Assembly: GCF_006345805.1 (NCBI RefSeq)
Contig: NC_043005.1
Location: 100,750,001 to 100,814,000, forward strand
Reading direction: 5' to 3'
From: Octopus sinensis
Lineage: Eukaryota
Length of the DNA stretch: 64,000 nucleotides
The translations under genes and the position numbers were made by a program. Under the pieces are notes generated by a model, which was not told where the DNA came from, ran no database searches, and was given only the letters and a program-made list of their open reading frames with translations. This document shows, piece by piece, positions 12,556 through 23,597 of this stretch. Within the stretch, counting starts at the first letter, position 1, and each line of letters starts with the position of its first letter.

Positions 12556-12740
12556 GACCCAGATATATACTGACCTTTTACCCCCTTGACACACTTCTAT
12601 ACTGACCTTTCACCCATGACACAGTTATATACTGACCTTTCACCCTTGATACACTATATACTGGCATTTCACTGTTGATAAAGCTATGCATTAACCTTTC
12701 ATCTTTGACATAGCTATATACTGAGCTTTCATCATTGATG
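12556..12740. repeat. Degenerate ~30-bp minisatellite, about 6 units
   Basis: Unit approximately GACACAGTTATATACTGACCTTTCACCCTT. Confidence 0.8.
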
Positions 12741-12770
12741 TACAACATCTGGTTTATCTATCCTTTCTAG

Positions 12771-12878
12771 AAATTTCTAGAACAGTTTCTGTAAAAACAG
12801 AACACCAGAAACTTGCTCAGCAACATCACACACTGGTTTCCAGTGAAAGCAATGTTGCTGCATTTGACATCAGCTGAA
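12771..12878 (+). CDS. Candidate terminal exon (ISRTVSVKTEHQKLAQQHHTLVSSESNVAAFDIS*)
   Basis: Acceptor TTTATCTATCCTTTCTAG and an open frame to TGA; no homology recognised. Confidence 0.2.
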
Positions 12879-14099
12879 CTGAGGGAAACTTAGAAAAATT
12901 GTGCTTCTATGAGTTTTATTTGTTTCTTACTCCTTGAAGCATTGATGAAGTCTGCTTTGGGCCACATTATACCAAATGATAATATCATCGCTGATAATAG
13001 ACATAATGTAGTGAGGATTCAAGATGTTTTATTAATTAAAATTATACACATGGTTATGAGAGAAAAATAATTATCATAATGATTAATTCTGATCAAGGAA
13101 AGCAAGGGAGACAATTCTAAAATTCTAATTAAAAATAAGATGTTGACACATAGTCATAATTTCTGTGTGGGTGTAATATTTGGGGGAGTGGGTGTGGTAT
13201 TTGGTAAATAAGGTGAGACAAATCTAGACAGGTCCTTTTATTAGTAAAGCATTGCTAAATCTCATTAAAGGACTGACTTACAAACAACTTAGGACTTGGT
13301 GCAGAGAAACCCAAAGATGGCACATGCTTGGAAAACAATCTAGTCATTGTAAACATTAAAAGTCTGGTACCGATATACCTCTCGTTCTATCTATGTCTCT
13401 CACCTACTTCATTGATGGCTCACATTTGGTAATTTCTTGTGACATATTTCCCTATCACTATTCATTCTTCCTTAACCTTCCATGTGCACACTCTACACAC
13501 CTATATATATATATACATACACATATGTATATATATATATATATGTATATATATCATATATCATACATATATATATATATATATATATGGTGGGCTCTCC
13601 TGTCATAAATGACAGAAGAGTGCTCTGCAGTTTTGTGCTGAACAACCTGCACAGATATTTCGTTGATAATGATTAAATGTTTGTCCCCTACTTTAGCTCA
13701 TTCCCTTCTTCATATCAATGTGACTTGGGGAAATGCGTGATGTGTCACATGTCAGATGTGGAATTGAACCACAAAGCAATGTGAAACCAAGTGCTTTGTT
13801 CAAAATACATTGCAACACCTGATCCAGGAATCAAAAACCTTTGTCTTGCGATTATGAATGTGACACCATACTCCCTTGTGCATTAGGCCATGTGCCTTCA
13901 TACACACACACACACACACATGCATGTGTGTATGTATGTGTGTGTGGATATATATGTATGTGTATAAATATGTATGTATGTGTGTGTGTGGATATATATG
14001 TAAATAAATATATGTATGTGTGTGTGTATATATATATATATATATTATTTATTTACTTATTTTTTTATACATCTATCTCTATTTCTCATAAGTATCACA

Positions 14100-14565
14100 G
14101 GTAAGTGCATATATGTCTATTGTGTGTGTATTAACCTGTATGTTTCTGTGTATTATTTATGGTGTTTTGTTTTTCCTTTTCCCTCTCTTCGCATCTCTAC
14201 TCTCTTTAGTCATGTGGCGTGGTGGTGAGGGTGTTACTGTTCCATTTGTGTTTTCTATTGAAACTCGGTCTGTCTACTGCTATGTGTGTAGCCTCTGTAA
14301 TCTGTCCAAGTGTCATGTCAATTCTACGTGTCGATAGTACTTTAACCTCTATGTTATTAATCGAGCCTCCATGTTCTGGTAGCGTACTGATGAGCTTTTC
14401 CCTTCTTTGAACTCTCACCAATGTCCATCTATATGCTCTCCTATGCTGCATGCAGTCTCTCCAATGTAGGTTGTTGTCATGTTTCTGCACCACCCCTCAG
14501 TACATTGTAAGCTATACACTACCTTCCTAATCTTACAGTTACCCCTTGGGTTCATCCTACAACAA
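14100..14565 (-). mobile_element. Inverted copy of the Penelope 3' end (GIY-YIG C-terminus plus 3' UTR)
   Basis: Reverse complement matches 18612-18842; ORF 14206..14493 contains EHGGSINNIEVKVLS...QITEATHIAVDRPSFNRK. Confidence 0.85.
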
Positions 14566-14756
14566 TGTAAAATCAAGCAGAAAGAAAAATGGATGTACCC
14601 AGATAAGATCGATGGGATTTATATGGCAAACACCTCACCAATGGCCGAATTCTGCCGAAACAATAACGTGAACATCTATGCAGATACAACAATCGATTTG
14701 GAAGAACAATCCATACTCCAACTACCACTGAAGTTCACCATATATAGTATATAATA

Positions 14757-14807
14757 CTCTGTTGTGCCTGGGGAGAGTCATTTTCTTTTTGTGCCTTATA
14801 ATTATGT

Positions 14808-14843
<36 letters not shown>

Positions 14844-15177
14844 ACACATGCACACACACACACACACACACATACACATATATATTCATAAATGTGCCAT
14901 TGGCACATAAAAGTACCCACTACACTCTCAGAGTGGTTGGCGTTAGGAAGGGCATCCAGCTGTAGAAACTCTGCCAGATCAGATTGGAGTTTGGTGCAGC
15001 CATCTGGTTTGCCAGACCTCAGTCAAATCGTCCAACCCATGCTAGCATGGAAAGCGGACATTAAACGATGATGATGATGATAAATTTAACACACTAACCG
15101 GTAAAATTTCCACTTATTTCTTATTTTTATTTTCCTAAAATTTTTGTTGCATCTTGCAACCTTTTCAATAGTCTTCA
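14757..15177 (-). mobile_element. Inverted pseudo-LTR of the Penelope element, interrupted by a microsatellite and an RTE tail
   Basis: 14757-14800 plus 15083-15177 match the reverse complement of 15228-15365. Confidence 0.75.
14890..15080 (+). mobile_element. RTE 3' tail fragment
   Basis: ...GGCGTTAGGAAGGGCATCCAGC...CCATGCTAGCATGGAAAGCGGAC...(GAT)n. Confidence 0.85.
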
Positions 15178-16019
15178 CTCTATGTTCTGCCTGAGCAGAT
15201 GGAGTGATAAAGTGGCACACTGAGTTGACAAGACTATTAAAAAAAGTTGCAAGATGCAACGAGAATTTTAGGAAAATAAAAATAAGAAAAAAGTGGAAAT
15301 TTTACTGGTGAGTGTGTTATATTATAAGGCACAAAAAGAAAATGACTCTCCCCAGACACAACAGAATATGCTTCAACACACAAACTCACATAAAGAATCT
15401 TGCAAAACAAATCCAAAAACGAAATAAATATAATACGTTTTCTCTCTGAAATAGAAAAAGCATACACAAAAATTCGTTGGAACCTGAATAAATATGACAA
15501 CAAAACACAAATGGTCACAGCCACAACAGTAACAACAATAATACCTCTGAACATATTGACAACAACAACAACCTATACAACAGCTCATCAAACAGCTGCA
15601 ACAACAACAACAGCAACCATCAAGAGGACAGTATCAATGATCAAACAATCACAAAAAGATACAAGGACGACTTTGGAGTATGGGTCAAGGGCAGCAGCAG
15701 CCGCCATGGAGGAAGGGATGCAGGTGAGAGAAAGGTCAACATACCAAAGACTAATGCCACGATGTATAGCGATAATTATAACAACAACGATACTATAAAG
15801 AAGAGCAAGCACACAAACATGGAGAGTTACAAGCACAGCAAACTTAGGGGCCAGAAGAGCCATAGTAGGGAACAGCAGGAATGGGAGGTGATATCAAGAA
15901 GATTAATGGCAGGGATGGTAATAACAGTAACAACACAACTATAACAAGAAGAATGGCAATAATGTGGTTGTGAACTAATATGATGACAATAAGGGAAGCA
16001 ACTAGGTAAACATGAAAAC

Positions 16020-16345
16020 CAATATAAACATTACTGATAACAAGAAGAAGAAGAAGAAGGAGAAGGAGAAGAAGAAGAAGAAGGAAAGAAGAAGAGGAAG
16101 AAGAAGAAGGAAGAAGAAGAAGAAGGAGAAGAAGAAGAAGAGGAAGAAGAAGAAGAAAAAGAAGGAGAAGAAGAAGAAGGAAAGAAGAAGAAGGAGAAGG
16201 AAAGAAGAAGAAGAAGAAGAAGGAGGAGGAGGAGGATGAGAAGAAGAAAAAGGAGAAGAAGACGAAGAAGAAGAAGAAGGAAATAAGAAGAAGAAGAAGA
16301 AGAAGGAAAGAAGAAGGAGAAGAAGAAGAACAACAACAACAGCAA
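16020..16345 (+). repeat. (GAA)n/(GGA)n purine tract inside the Penelope N-terminal region
   Basis: Seen directly. Confidence 0.95.
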
Positions 16346-16790
16346 CCAATAACAAATATGACAGACACAGTCAAGGAGATAGTAACCTGAGAAATGATAC
16401 GATAGATAGAAGTACAATGGATAGAAATGGCACCAACCCTTCCCAGGCCCTATTCTTCAATCCATGGGATAAATCATATGATATGAGCCATATTTATGCA
16501 ACAACCCTAACCTTCAGCAAAAGAGTTTCTTCCCTCAACAGACAAATGACAAAATAGAAGCACGATTCACCATAGCCAGTATTAAACTTAGATTTTAGCC
16601 CAATACACTACAAGGTGGAGTGGTAAAGAGGCACAGTGAGTCAACTAGAAGTCCACAAGTGGATTGCGCAAGCTCATACAATGCACAAGAAATAGGGAAG
16701 TCATGTGTTTCCCCACTGATAAGTCCTGCAGAATGTTGGTAGACAGCTTACCAAACTACAACCAGGCGATGCAACCCCCACATCACCAAT

Positions 16791-18060
16791 ATGAGGGAAA
16801 CAATGATACAGGAGTATGAGGAGAGAGAGAGAGAGAAAAAGAAGATGCTCGGTGCTCATGTGATGATGTGGTCAAATATCCTAAGGGTAAAGAAGAGCAA
16901 GATCAACAACTTCCAGGTCACCAACAAGGACATCCCAGCACTGTATGGACTGCACAAGGACCACAAGATTCCCACCGATCTAGTGGCAGGACCACCAATG
17001 AAACTGGTCTGTGGAGCCAATGTTGGCAACAACTACCAGGTCTCCTACTTCCTCTCAATGATCATACACCCTCTGATAAAAATGTCCCCAGATGTGTGTG
17101 AGAGCACGGAGGATCTTCTCGGCAGAATCAATGAGTGAAACCATGCTCACAACCTGATGGGATGCATAATAGGTAGCAAGGTTGTAGCTTCCCTATACTC
17201 ACCCATTGATGTTGATTTTACTGTGGAGGAGAAATGCATGGAGGTGATCAGTAAGAGTGATGTGGAGTTCCGCGGTGTTGACACTGAAGAACTAGGCCTC
17301 TTCCTGAGAGTGGCATGCAACAATGATTGCTTAGATAAACATAACCTTAGTTGTTTCTGCCTCACTAGATTGATAAAAAGGTAAACCGCACACCCCAACT
17401 ATAACAACTTTGGCCAAGAAGACCCCTAAAGCAAGATAGAACAGGTAGACCAGAGCTATACGGACCTTCGAAAATAATGACCAGGTTAAAAAGATGCTTG
17501 CTTGTTTGAGACAGCATTCACCCGGGGTGGGTTGAGCTGTCTTCATTCATCCTCAATGCTGCATCTCTTGCAAACACTGACCAGGCCTGGCGATTTGAGG
17601 CTAACGACCATGTGATCTCCAACCACTCCTTATTCCAACAGCAAACGCCGTAGACATGGGGGTCTAGGTTGGGTTCCAGATCAGCCTTGACTTAAATCAG
17701 CCTAGTTTTTCGTTGTTAAAAAGATGGTCGCACATGCACTCAAGGGTCATATTTTAAAGTTTAATAACAAGATATACACCCAAGAGGAAGGTGCAGCCAT
17801 TGGTATCAGTATTGCTGGCAATGTGGCTAACCTATTTATGGTATTGTGAGATTGGAGACTTAAAGAGAAATTAGCAGAGAACTCCATAACCCTAACCTTG
17901 TACTCCTGCTATGTGGACGATATCAACATAGTAGCCAGAGCATCCCTACAAGACAATGTTGATGATCTAGAAGCTAACACTATGGAGAGCATCCAGCAAA
18001 AAGCTAACTCCATCCACCAGAGTATAGAAATAGCGATAGACTACCCTGGTAAGTACCCTA
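16791..18060 (+). pseudogene. Penelope-type reverse transcriptase, disrupted
   Basis: ORFs 16791..17138 and 17157..17384 plus YVDD at 17910; internal stops and an apparent ~180-bp insertion near 17540-17720. Confidence 0.85.
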
Positions 18061-18470
18061 ACTATAGATAACCTGTTTTAAATGATCCAGATCTTTCACT
18101 CTCATAATGCCAAACCCATGGCCTCTAAGTACCTTGTTCACAAGAACACAGTAATTGCAGACAATGCCAAGTTCAACATTCTGATAGCTGACTTGATGAG
18201 AGCGATGAGGAATATCTCTCCCATGTGCAACCCTATGGAATTGGAAAAACATATACAAAACTTCATCCACTGCATGCAGTCCTCTGGCTACAATCAAAGG
18301 GACAGGATTAGAGTATACAAAGGAGCCAGGACTAAGTACAACACCATCATAGAGAGTGATGCTAAGGGGATCTACATGCTTTACAGGAGTAAATCTTGGA
18401 ACCGCATGGAAAGGTCCAGTAGTAAGATAAGGCCAACACTTGGTATGACAACAAAAAATACCAGCGTGTT

Positions 18471-18842
18471 ATGTTCATTGATGTTACCCTTGACAGTGAA
18501 CTAGTACACCTTTTTAGAATTAAAGTAGTAGAGAGGCCTAGTTCCCCTTTAAAATCTCTGAGCTGCAATACCTATCCCCTTGATAAGTCCCCCTATATGG
18601 AGTACAAGTGTGTTGTATGTAGGATGAACCCACAGGTTAACTGTAAGGTTAGGAATGTAGTGTATAGCTTACAAAGTACTGAGGGACGGGGCCAAAACAT
18701 AACAACTTACATTGGAGAGACTGCACACAGCATAGGAAAGCATATAGATGAACATTGGTGAGAGTTCAAAGAAGGGAAAAGCTCGTCAGTGCTCTACGAA
18801 CATGCTCAGGCAGAACATGGAGGCTCGATTAATAACATAAAG
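18471..18842 (+). pseudogene. GIY-YIG (Uri) endonuclease domain of the Penelope element
   Basis: KCVVC...NCKVRNVVYSL...TYIGETAHSIGKHIDEH*...EHGG. Confidence 0.85.
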
Positions 18843-19074
18843 ATATATATGTGTATGTATATATATATTTACATACACCCATATATACATATATATATAT
18901 ACTTTTTATAGACATACATATATACAAAGAATGGGTTATAGAATCCTTATTTAAGTACCGTATAAATAATCATGAAATAAAATCAGAAACTCTGACTTCT
19001 GCATTGGGGTTAGATTATCAAGTGTTAGAAATTTGGCTAGAAAACTTATCATCACCAAGTTTGTATGGAAGTAA

Positions 19075-19445
19075 TGAGACAAAAAAACTAACAGGTACAA
19101 GGAATTATTTACATAAAAATTTGGATATACATGTTACATGATGTAATCAAGTCTTATCTTTACAGCTGTTTCAAATAATCAGTTGACTGTTTGATATAAC
19201 TGCATATTCTGGAAGGACAGCCAATACTGAGCCAATATTGTACGCATACATAAAAGCAAAGTAAAAATATTAGCTAGCAAGGTCCACATTAAAAGAAATG
19301 ACATAGAGAAGACGGTGTTTAGAAATGTAAGTTCTATAAATAAGAAAGATACAAAAAGGGGTTATAGGGATAGGTTTAAAGATAGAGAAAGAGGAGAGAT
19401 AACTGAGGACTGGCCAGTTACTATAAGATGTCAACTGTTTGGCAT
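19075..19445 (-). mobile_element. Diverged hammerhead-family element, inverted partner of 19950-20375
   Basis: Reverse complement aligns to 19950-20375; keeps GAAACAGCTGTAAAGA; CTGATGA box is decayed. Confidence 0.7.
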
Positions 19446-19487
19446 AAGTTGCAAACAATAGCTATAAAATTAAGAGTGAGAAAAGGA

Positions 19488-19668
19488 GCTAAGTCTGCCA
19501 TTACGTTCTGAGTTCAAATTCCGCCGAGGATGACTTTGCCTTTCATCCTTTCGAGGTCGATAAATTAAGTACCAGTTATGCACTGGGGTCGATGTAATGG
19601 ACTTAATCTGTCTGTCTGCCCTTGTTTGTCTCCTCTGTGTTTAGCCCCTTGTGGGTAGTATAGAAATA
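19488..19668 (+). mobile_element. SINE family B, 5'-truncated
   Basis: GTTCTGAGTTCAAATTCCGCCGAGG...CCCCTTGTGGG. Confidence 0.85.
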
Positions 19669-20131
19669 GGCTGGTTCAAAGGAAATGGGATGGGTTGGAA
19701 AGAATAAAGATGCAATTATCGGATCATAAAAAGAAGCATTGTAAAGCTGTACCAGTCACATCAAGTACAAAAAACTGTAATACAAATACAAGAAGAGACA
19801 AAGGTACAAAGGTGAGACAGGAGATGTGAGGATGAATTAATATCAAAGGGAAGGTGAGGGGAAACAATCTGCATGTGTGTGTGTGTATGTATGTATGTAG
19901 GTAAAGTACAGCAATTCCCCTAAGTATAGCAAAAAACAGAAGTGGAGCAGAGGATAGTTGGCATCATAACTGACTCACTCTCAGCTACCCCACCTCTCTC
20001 CCAATTCTGTTCCCTCTCTACCATTATTCCTACCAGTATAACCCCTCCTCTACATCTAACTTTCTAATTTACTGAACTTATATATATATTTATATTTATA
20101 AACACTATCTCTCTTTGGCCATTTGCTTGGT

Positions 20132-20293
20132 TCTTCTGATGAGAATATTGTGACTTCGCTGTGCAGAGCTATCAAAATCCATGCATACATTCCTTTTTGT
20201 TTCATGTATGCCAACAATATTGACTCTATACTGGATTTTCTTGCACAATAGTTATGTCAACTGTTCATCGATTATCCGAAACAGCTGTAAAGA
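20132..20293 (+). ncRNA. Type I hammerhead motif with a long stem II
   Basis: TCTT-CTGATGA-GAATA[~125 nt]TATCC-GAAA-C-AGCT-G-TA-AAGA. Confidence 0.55.
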
Positions 20294-20559
20294 TAAGACT
20301 TGATTACATCATGTAAATTGTGTATGCAACTTTTCATATAAATACATTCCTTATACCTGTTATTATTTGTCTTCCTACATTATATATTTATATATATATG
20401 CTGTATACGCACACGTGCACGCATACAGACAAACACACACACACAGCACACATCATTCTCTGTTGAGCAGTTGAAATATTTCAGATATTCAATAGTAATT
20501 TTTTTATTATTCATTTTCAATCGATGTTCTTCCTAGTTGCAACTATTTATTATAATTTA

Positions 20560-20740
20560 AAGTAATTTCAACACAGCTAAGACAAGGTGAAAAAAAATGT
20601 CTAGTGTTGACATGATGAAGATTGAACCCTGAAGCTATGAATCTTTTCTTCAACCACACCGTTGTTAATGTGTGTAATTATGAAAATAAAGCAAAATAAA
20701 CGCAAAAATATTCACCATACTTGTATAAGGCTTATCATAG
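20560..20740 (+). repeat. Source of a 181-bp exact local duplication (copy at 22763-22943)
   Basis: Base-for-base identical. Confidence 0.95.
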
Positions 20741-21667
20741 ATAAATATATTTGACACTTTTACATCGATTTTTTTTTACCTAATAATATATATTTTTTAT
20801 TCTTCATTTTTTAATTTCTTTTATTTAATAACGATATGCTTGCTAATAACTACAAATAAAATGAAAAAAAACAATATTAGTAATAACAGCAACAACAAGA
20901 AACAATAAGATTTGAAAACATAAACAAGATTTTGAATCATTTTAAAAAAAGAAGATATGAAAATAATTTACAAAAATACAAATATTAGCGTTAGTGTTTT
21001 ATTGTTTTTGAATTTATGTTTCAAATTGGTCATATTTTTTTGTTTTCATTCTTTTTCATTGATCTCCTCACAGAAAGCATGTTTAACAATCACTTCTTGC
21101 TGGACTTTAAATGTCATTCAGCTGACAGGTGTTAATTAATGAGAAAGTCGAATGTTTTATGACATTCTAGACAGTAATCTAAGGCTTAGTTCCATCCACC
21201 CTGGCCCAACACACATTATTAAGAATGTCTCTTAGGCATTTTACCTCTCTCATACAGTTAGCAAACAGCAAAAGAAGATTTATTTTGCTTTTCTTAAAGA
21301 ATTTTTATTTGGTTTTCATCTCAAAAGCTGCAAATGGAGGTATGGTAGTTTTTTTAACCGTCACTTTGGTTGGGTTGACAAATTTACTCTGTACATGTCC
21401 TGGACATATGTCAAAAGACATATTTAGTCAGAACTCCCCCTCTCTCTCTCTTTTCCCTCTGTCTATACCTCACCCCCTTTTTCTCTTGCACTCAATATTT
21501 CTCTTTCTCTCTATCTTTCTCTCTGCTTCATCTAGATACACTTGTCTAACTTGTTAAGTCCACCAAATGTAAATATATAGTATCAATAGACAGATCTCTC
21601 AATGGTCTAATTCGTGAGACTACTGTCAAATTAACTCCACCAGATGTAAAACCATAATATCAGTGGA

Positions 21668-22028
21668 CATTATTTACAATTGACAGATATTTGTCCTCAT
21701 CGTGTTTGTTGATAAACATCAGCTGAAATGTTGTGTTAACAACAAACAAGATGAGGACAAATATCCATCAAATGTAAATAATGTACATAATTCTTCATCT
21801 CTTAAATATAGAACTGTATTATCTAATCATTACGGATCCGACATTAGGCTTCAATGGAAAATTAGGAATGAGAACCCAGGTTTGAAATTTCTCCAAGCCA
21901 CCTGATGAAGCCTGGAGGGTATGTCAGCTGAAACATGTTAACAGCGAACAAGATGAGGACAAATACCTGTCAATTGTAAATAATGTAAATAATGCACATA
22001 ATTCCTCATCTCTTAAATATAGAACTGT
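21668..22028 (+). mobile_element. Non-autonomous Penelope pLTR / retrozyme-like insertion
   Basis: 14-bp direct repeat ATAATATCAGTGGA (21654-21667, 22029-22042); inverted tail at 21671-21712; 205-bp tandem period; hammerhead core at 21902-21933; family fragment at 63278-63360. Confidence 0.8.
21897..21940 (+). ncRNA. Minimal type I hammerhead motif (partly decayed)
   Basis: GCCAC-CTGATGA-AGCCTG...CAGCT-GAAA-CATGTT; the upstream unit reads GAAA-TG-TT-GTGTT, restoring stem I. Confidence 0.6.
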
Positions 22029-22149
22029 ATAATATCAGTGGATACACATTTCACTGGTCTAAGTGCTGAGACTGTTGCCTCAATTCAAGAATTCCATTTA
22101 ACTAATACGTCCACCAGATATTGATACATAACATCACTTAGACAGTGAG

Positions 22150-22350
22150 CTGCCAGCATCATTATCACACTGGTCAAAATGCTTAGCAGTGCTTTGTCTG
22201 ATGTGCTAACAATTCGGAGTTAAAATTCCGCCGAGGTCGACTTTGCCTTTCATCTTTTTGGGGTCAATAAATTAAGTACCAGTTGAGGACTGGGGTCAAT
22301 CTAATCGACCTATTTCTCTCCAAAATTGCTGGCCCAGTGCTAAAAGTTGG
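22150..22350 (+). mobile_element. SINE family B
   Basis: GAGCTGCCAG...CCGAGGTCGACTTTGCCTTTCATC... Confidence 0.75.
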
Positions 22351-22611
22351 AATATATGACACCAGTAAATACATATTTGAATGATGTATATGCCAAGATT
22401 ACTGTCTAACCACCAACTCCATCAGATGAAAATATGTAATATTGATGGATACTCTGAGTACTGAGACTTCTGGTAGTTTCATTTAACTCTCAGCTGAGTT
22501 TAAGTCTTCGATTGATCCTGGATGAAGTCACTCTAGTATGTTATCCTAAGCAAAGCTTGAAATTATCAATATCATCAACAATTAATTCTGCACATGAGTG
22601 TCTGTGTGAGG

Positions 22612-22644
<33 letters not shown>

Positions 22645-22692
22645 TTATTCAAAACAGTCTGGTTCAGATAGTTTCATTTGTCCACTCACTCA

Positions 22693-23360
22693 TCATCATC
22701 ATCATCATTTAGCCTCCGCTTTCCATGCTAGCATGGGTTGGACGGTTCTACTGGGGTCTGTGAAGTAATTTCAACACAGCTAAGACAAGGTGAAAAAAAA
22801 TGTCTAGTGTTGACATGATGAAGATTGAACCCTGAAGCTATGAATCTTTTCTTCAACCACACCGTTGTTAATGTGTGTAATTATGAAAATAAAGCAAAAT
22901 AAACGCAAAAATATTCACCATACTTGTATAAGGCTTATCATAGGCCCAGTCAGATCTGGCAGTGTTTCTACGGCTGGATGCCCTTCCTAACGCCAACCAC
23001 TCCGCGAGTGTAGTGGGTGTTTTTTACGTGCCACCTGCACAGGTGCCAGACAGAGCTGGCAAACGGCCACGAACGGATGGTGCTTTTATGTGTCACCGGC
23101 ACGGGGCCAGGCGATGCTGGCAACAGACACGAATGGATGGTGCTTTTACGTGCCACCGACACAGGGCCAGACAGAGCTGGCAAACGGCCACGAACGGACG
23201 GTGCTTTTACGTGTCACCGGCACGGGGGCCAGCCGAGGCTGGCAACGGACATGAACGGATGGTGCTTTTATGTGCCACTGACACGGGGCCAGACAGAGCT
23301 GGCAAACGGCCATGAACGGACGGTGCTTTTACGTGTCACCGGCACGGGGCCAGGCGAGGC
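22693..23360 (-). mobile_element. RTE 3' UTR copy with a ~60-bp tandem array (about 5.6 units) and a 181-bp local insertion
   Basis: (CAT)n end, CCATGCTAGCATGGG, GGATGCCCTTCCTAACGCCAACC, alternating A/B repeat units at 23020-23360. Confidence 0.85.
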
Positions 23361-23436
23361 TATATATATATATATCTGTAAAATAATATTGAGGTCTCTT
23401 TCTTTCTTTTGTTATCTTACCGTTTTTACCAATATA

Positions 23437-23487
<51 letters not shown>

Positions 23488-23597
23488 TGAGGGAATATTA
23501 TTCCAAACTTATAGGGAAAAATTCAATTTAGAAATGTTAAATCAAATTTCACAAAATATAATATATATATAAATTAGAAAAAAAAACAGCTTTTATC

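Larger units (their letters stand above)
15228..18842 (+). mobile_element. Decayed Penelope-like element (pLTR, N-terminal ORF, RT, GIY-YIG endonuclease)
   Basis: TDKS motif near 16715; PALYGLHKDHK...VCESTEDLL; IIGS...LY; GAAIGISIAGNVANLFM; YVDD at 17910-17921; NVVYSL...YIGET...EH. Multiple stops and frameshifts. Confidence 0.9.

Noticed and set aside
15844-16417. Poly-L/F/S and poly-K/E ORFs
   Set aside because: Translations of the GAA tract.
18851-19141. 96-aa ORF after the Penelope endonuclease
   Set aside because: It starts in a microsatellite and overlaps the inverted hammerhead element; not a continuation of the Penelope ORF.
22962-23490. Repeat-containing ORFs (TELANGHER x3) and a CRISPR-like periodic look
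   Set aside because: Tandem ~60-bp units of the RTE 3' UTR; no unique spacers and no cas genes.
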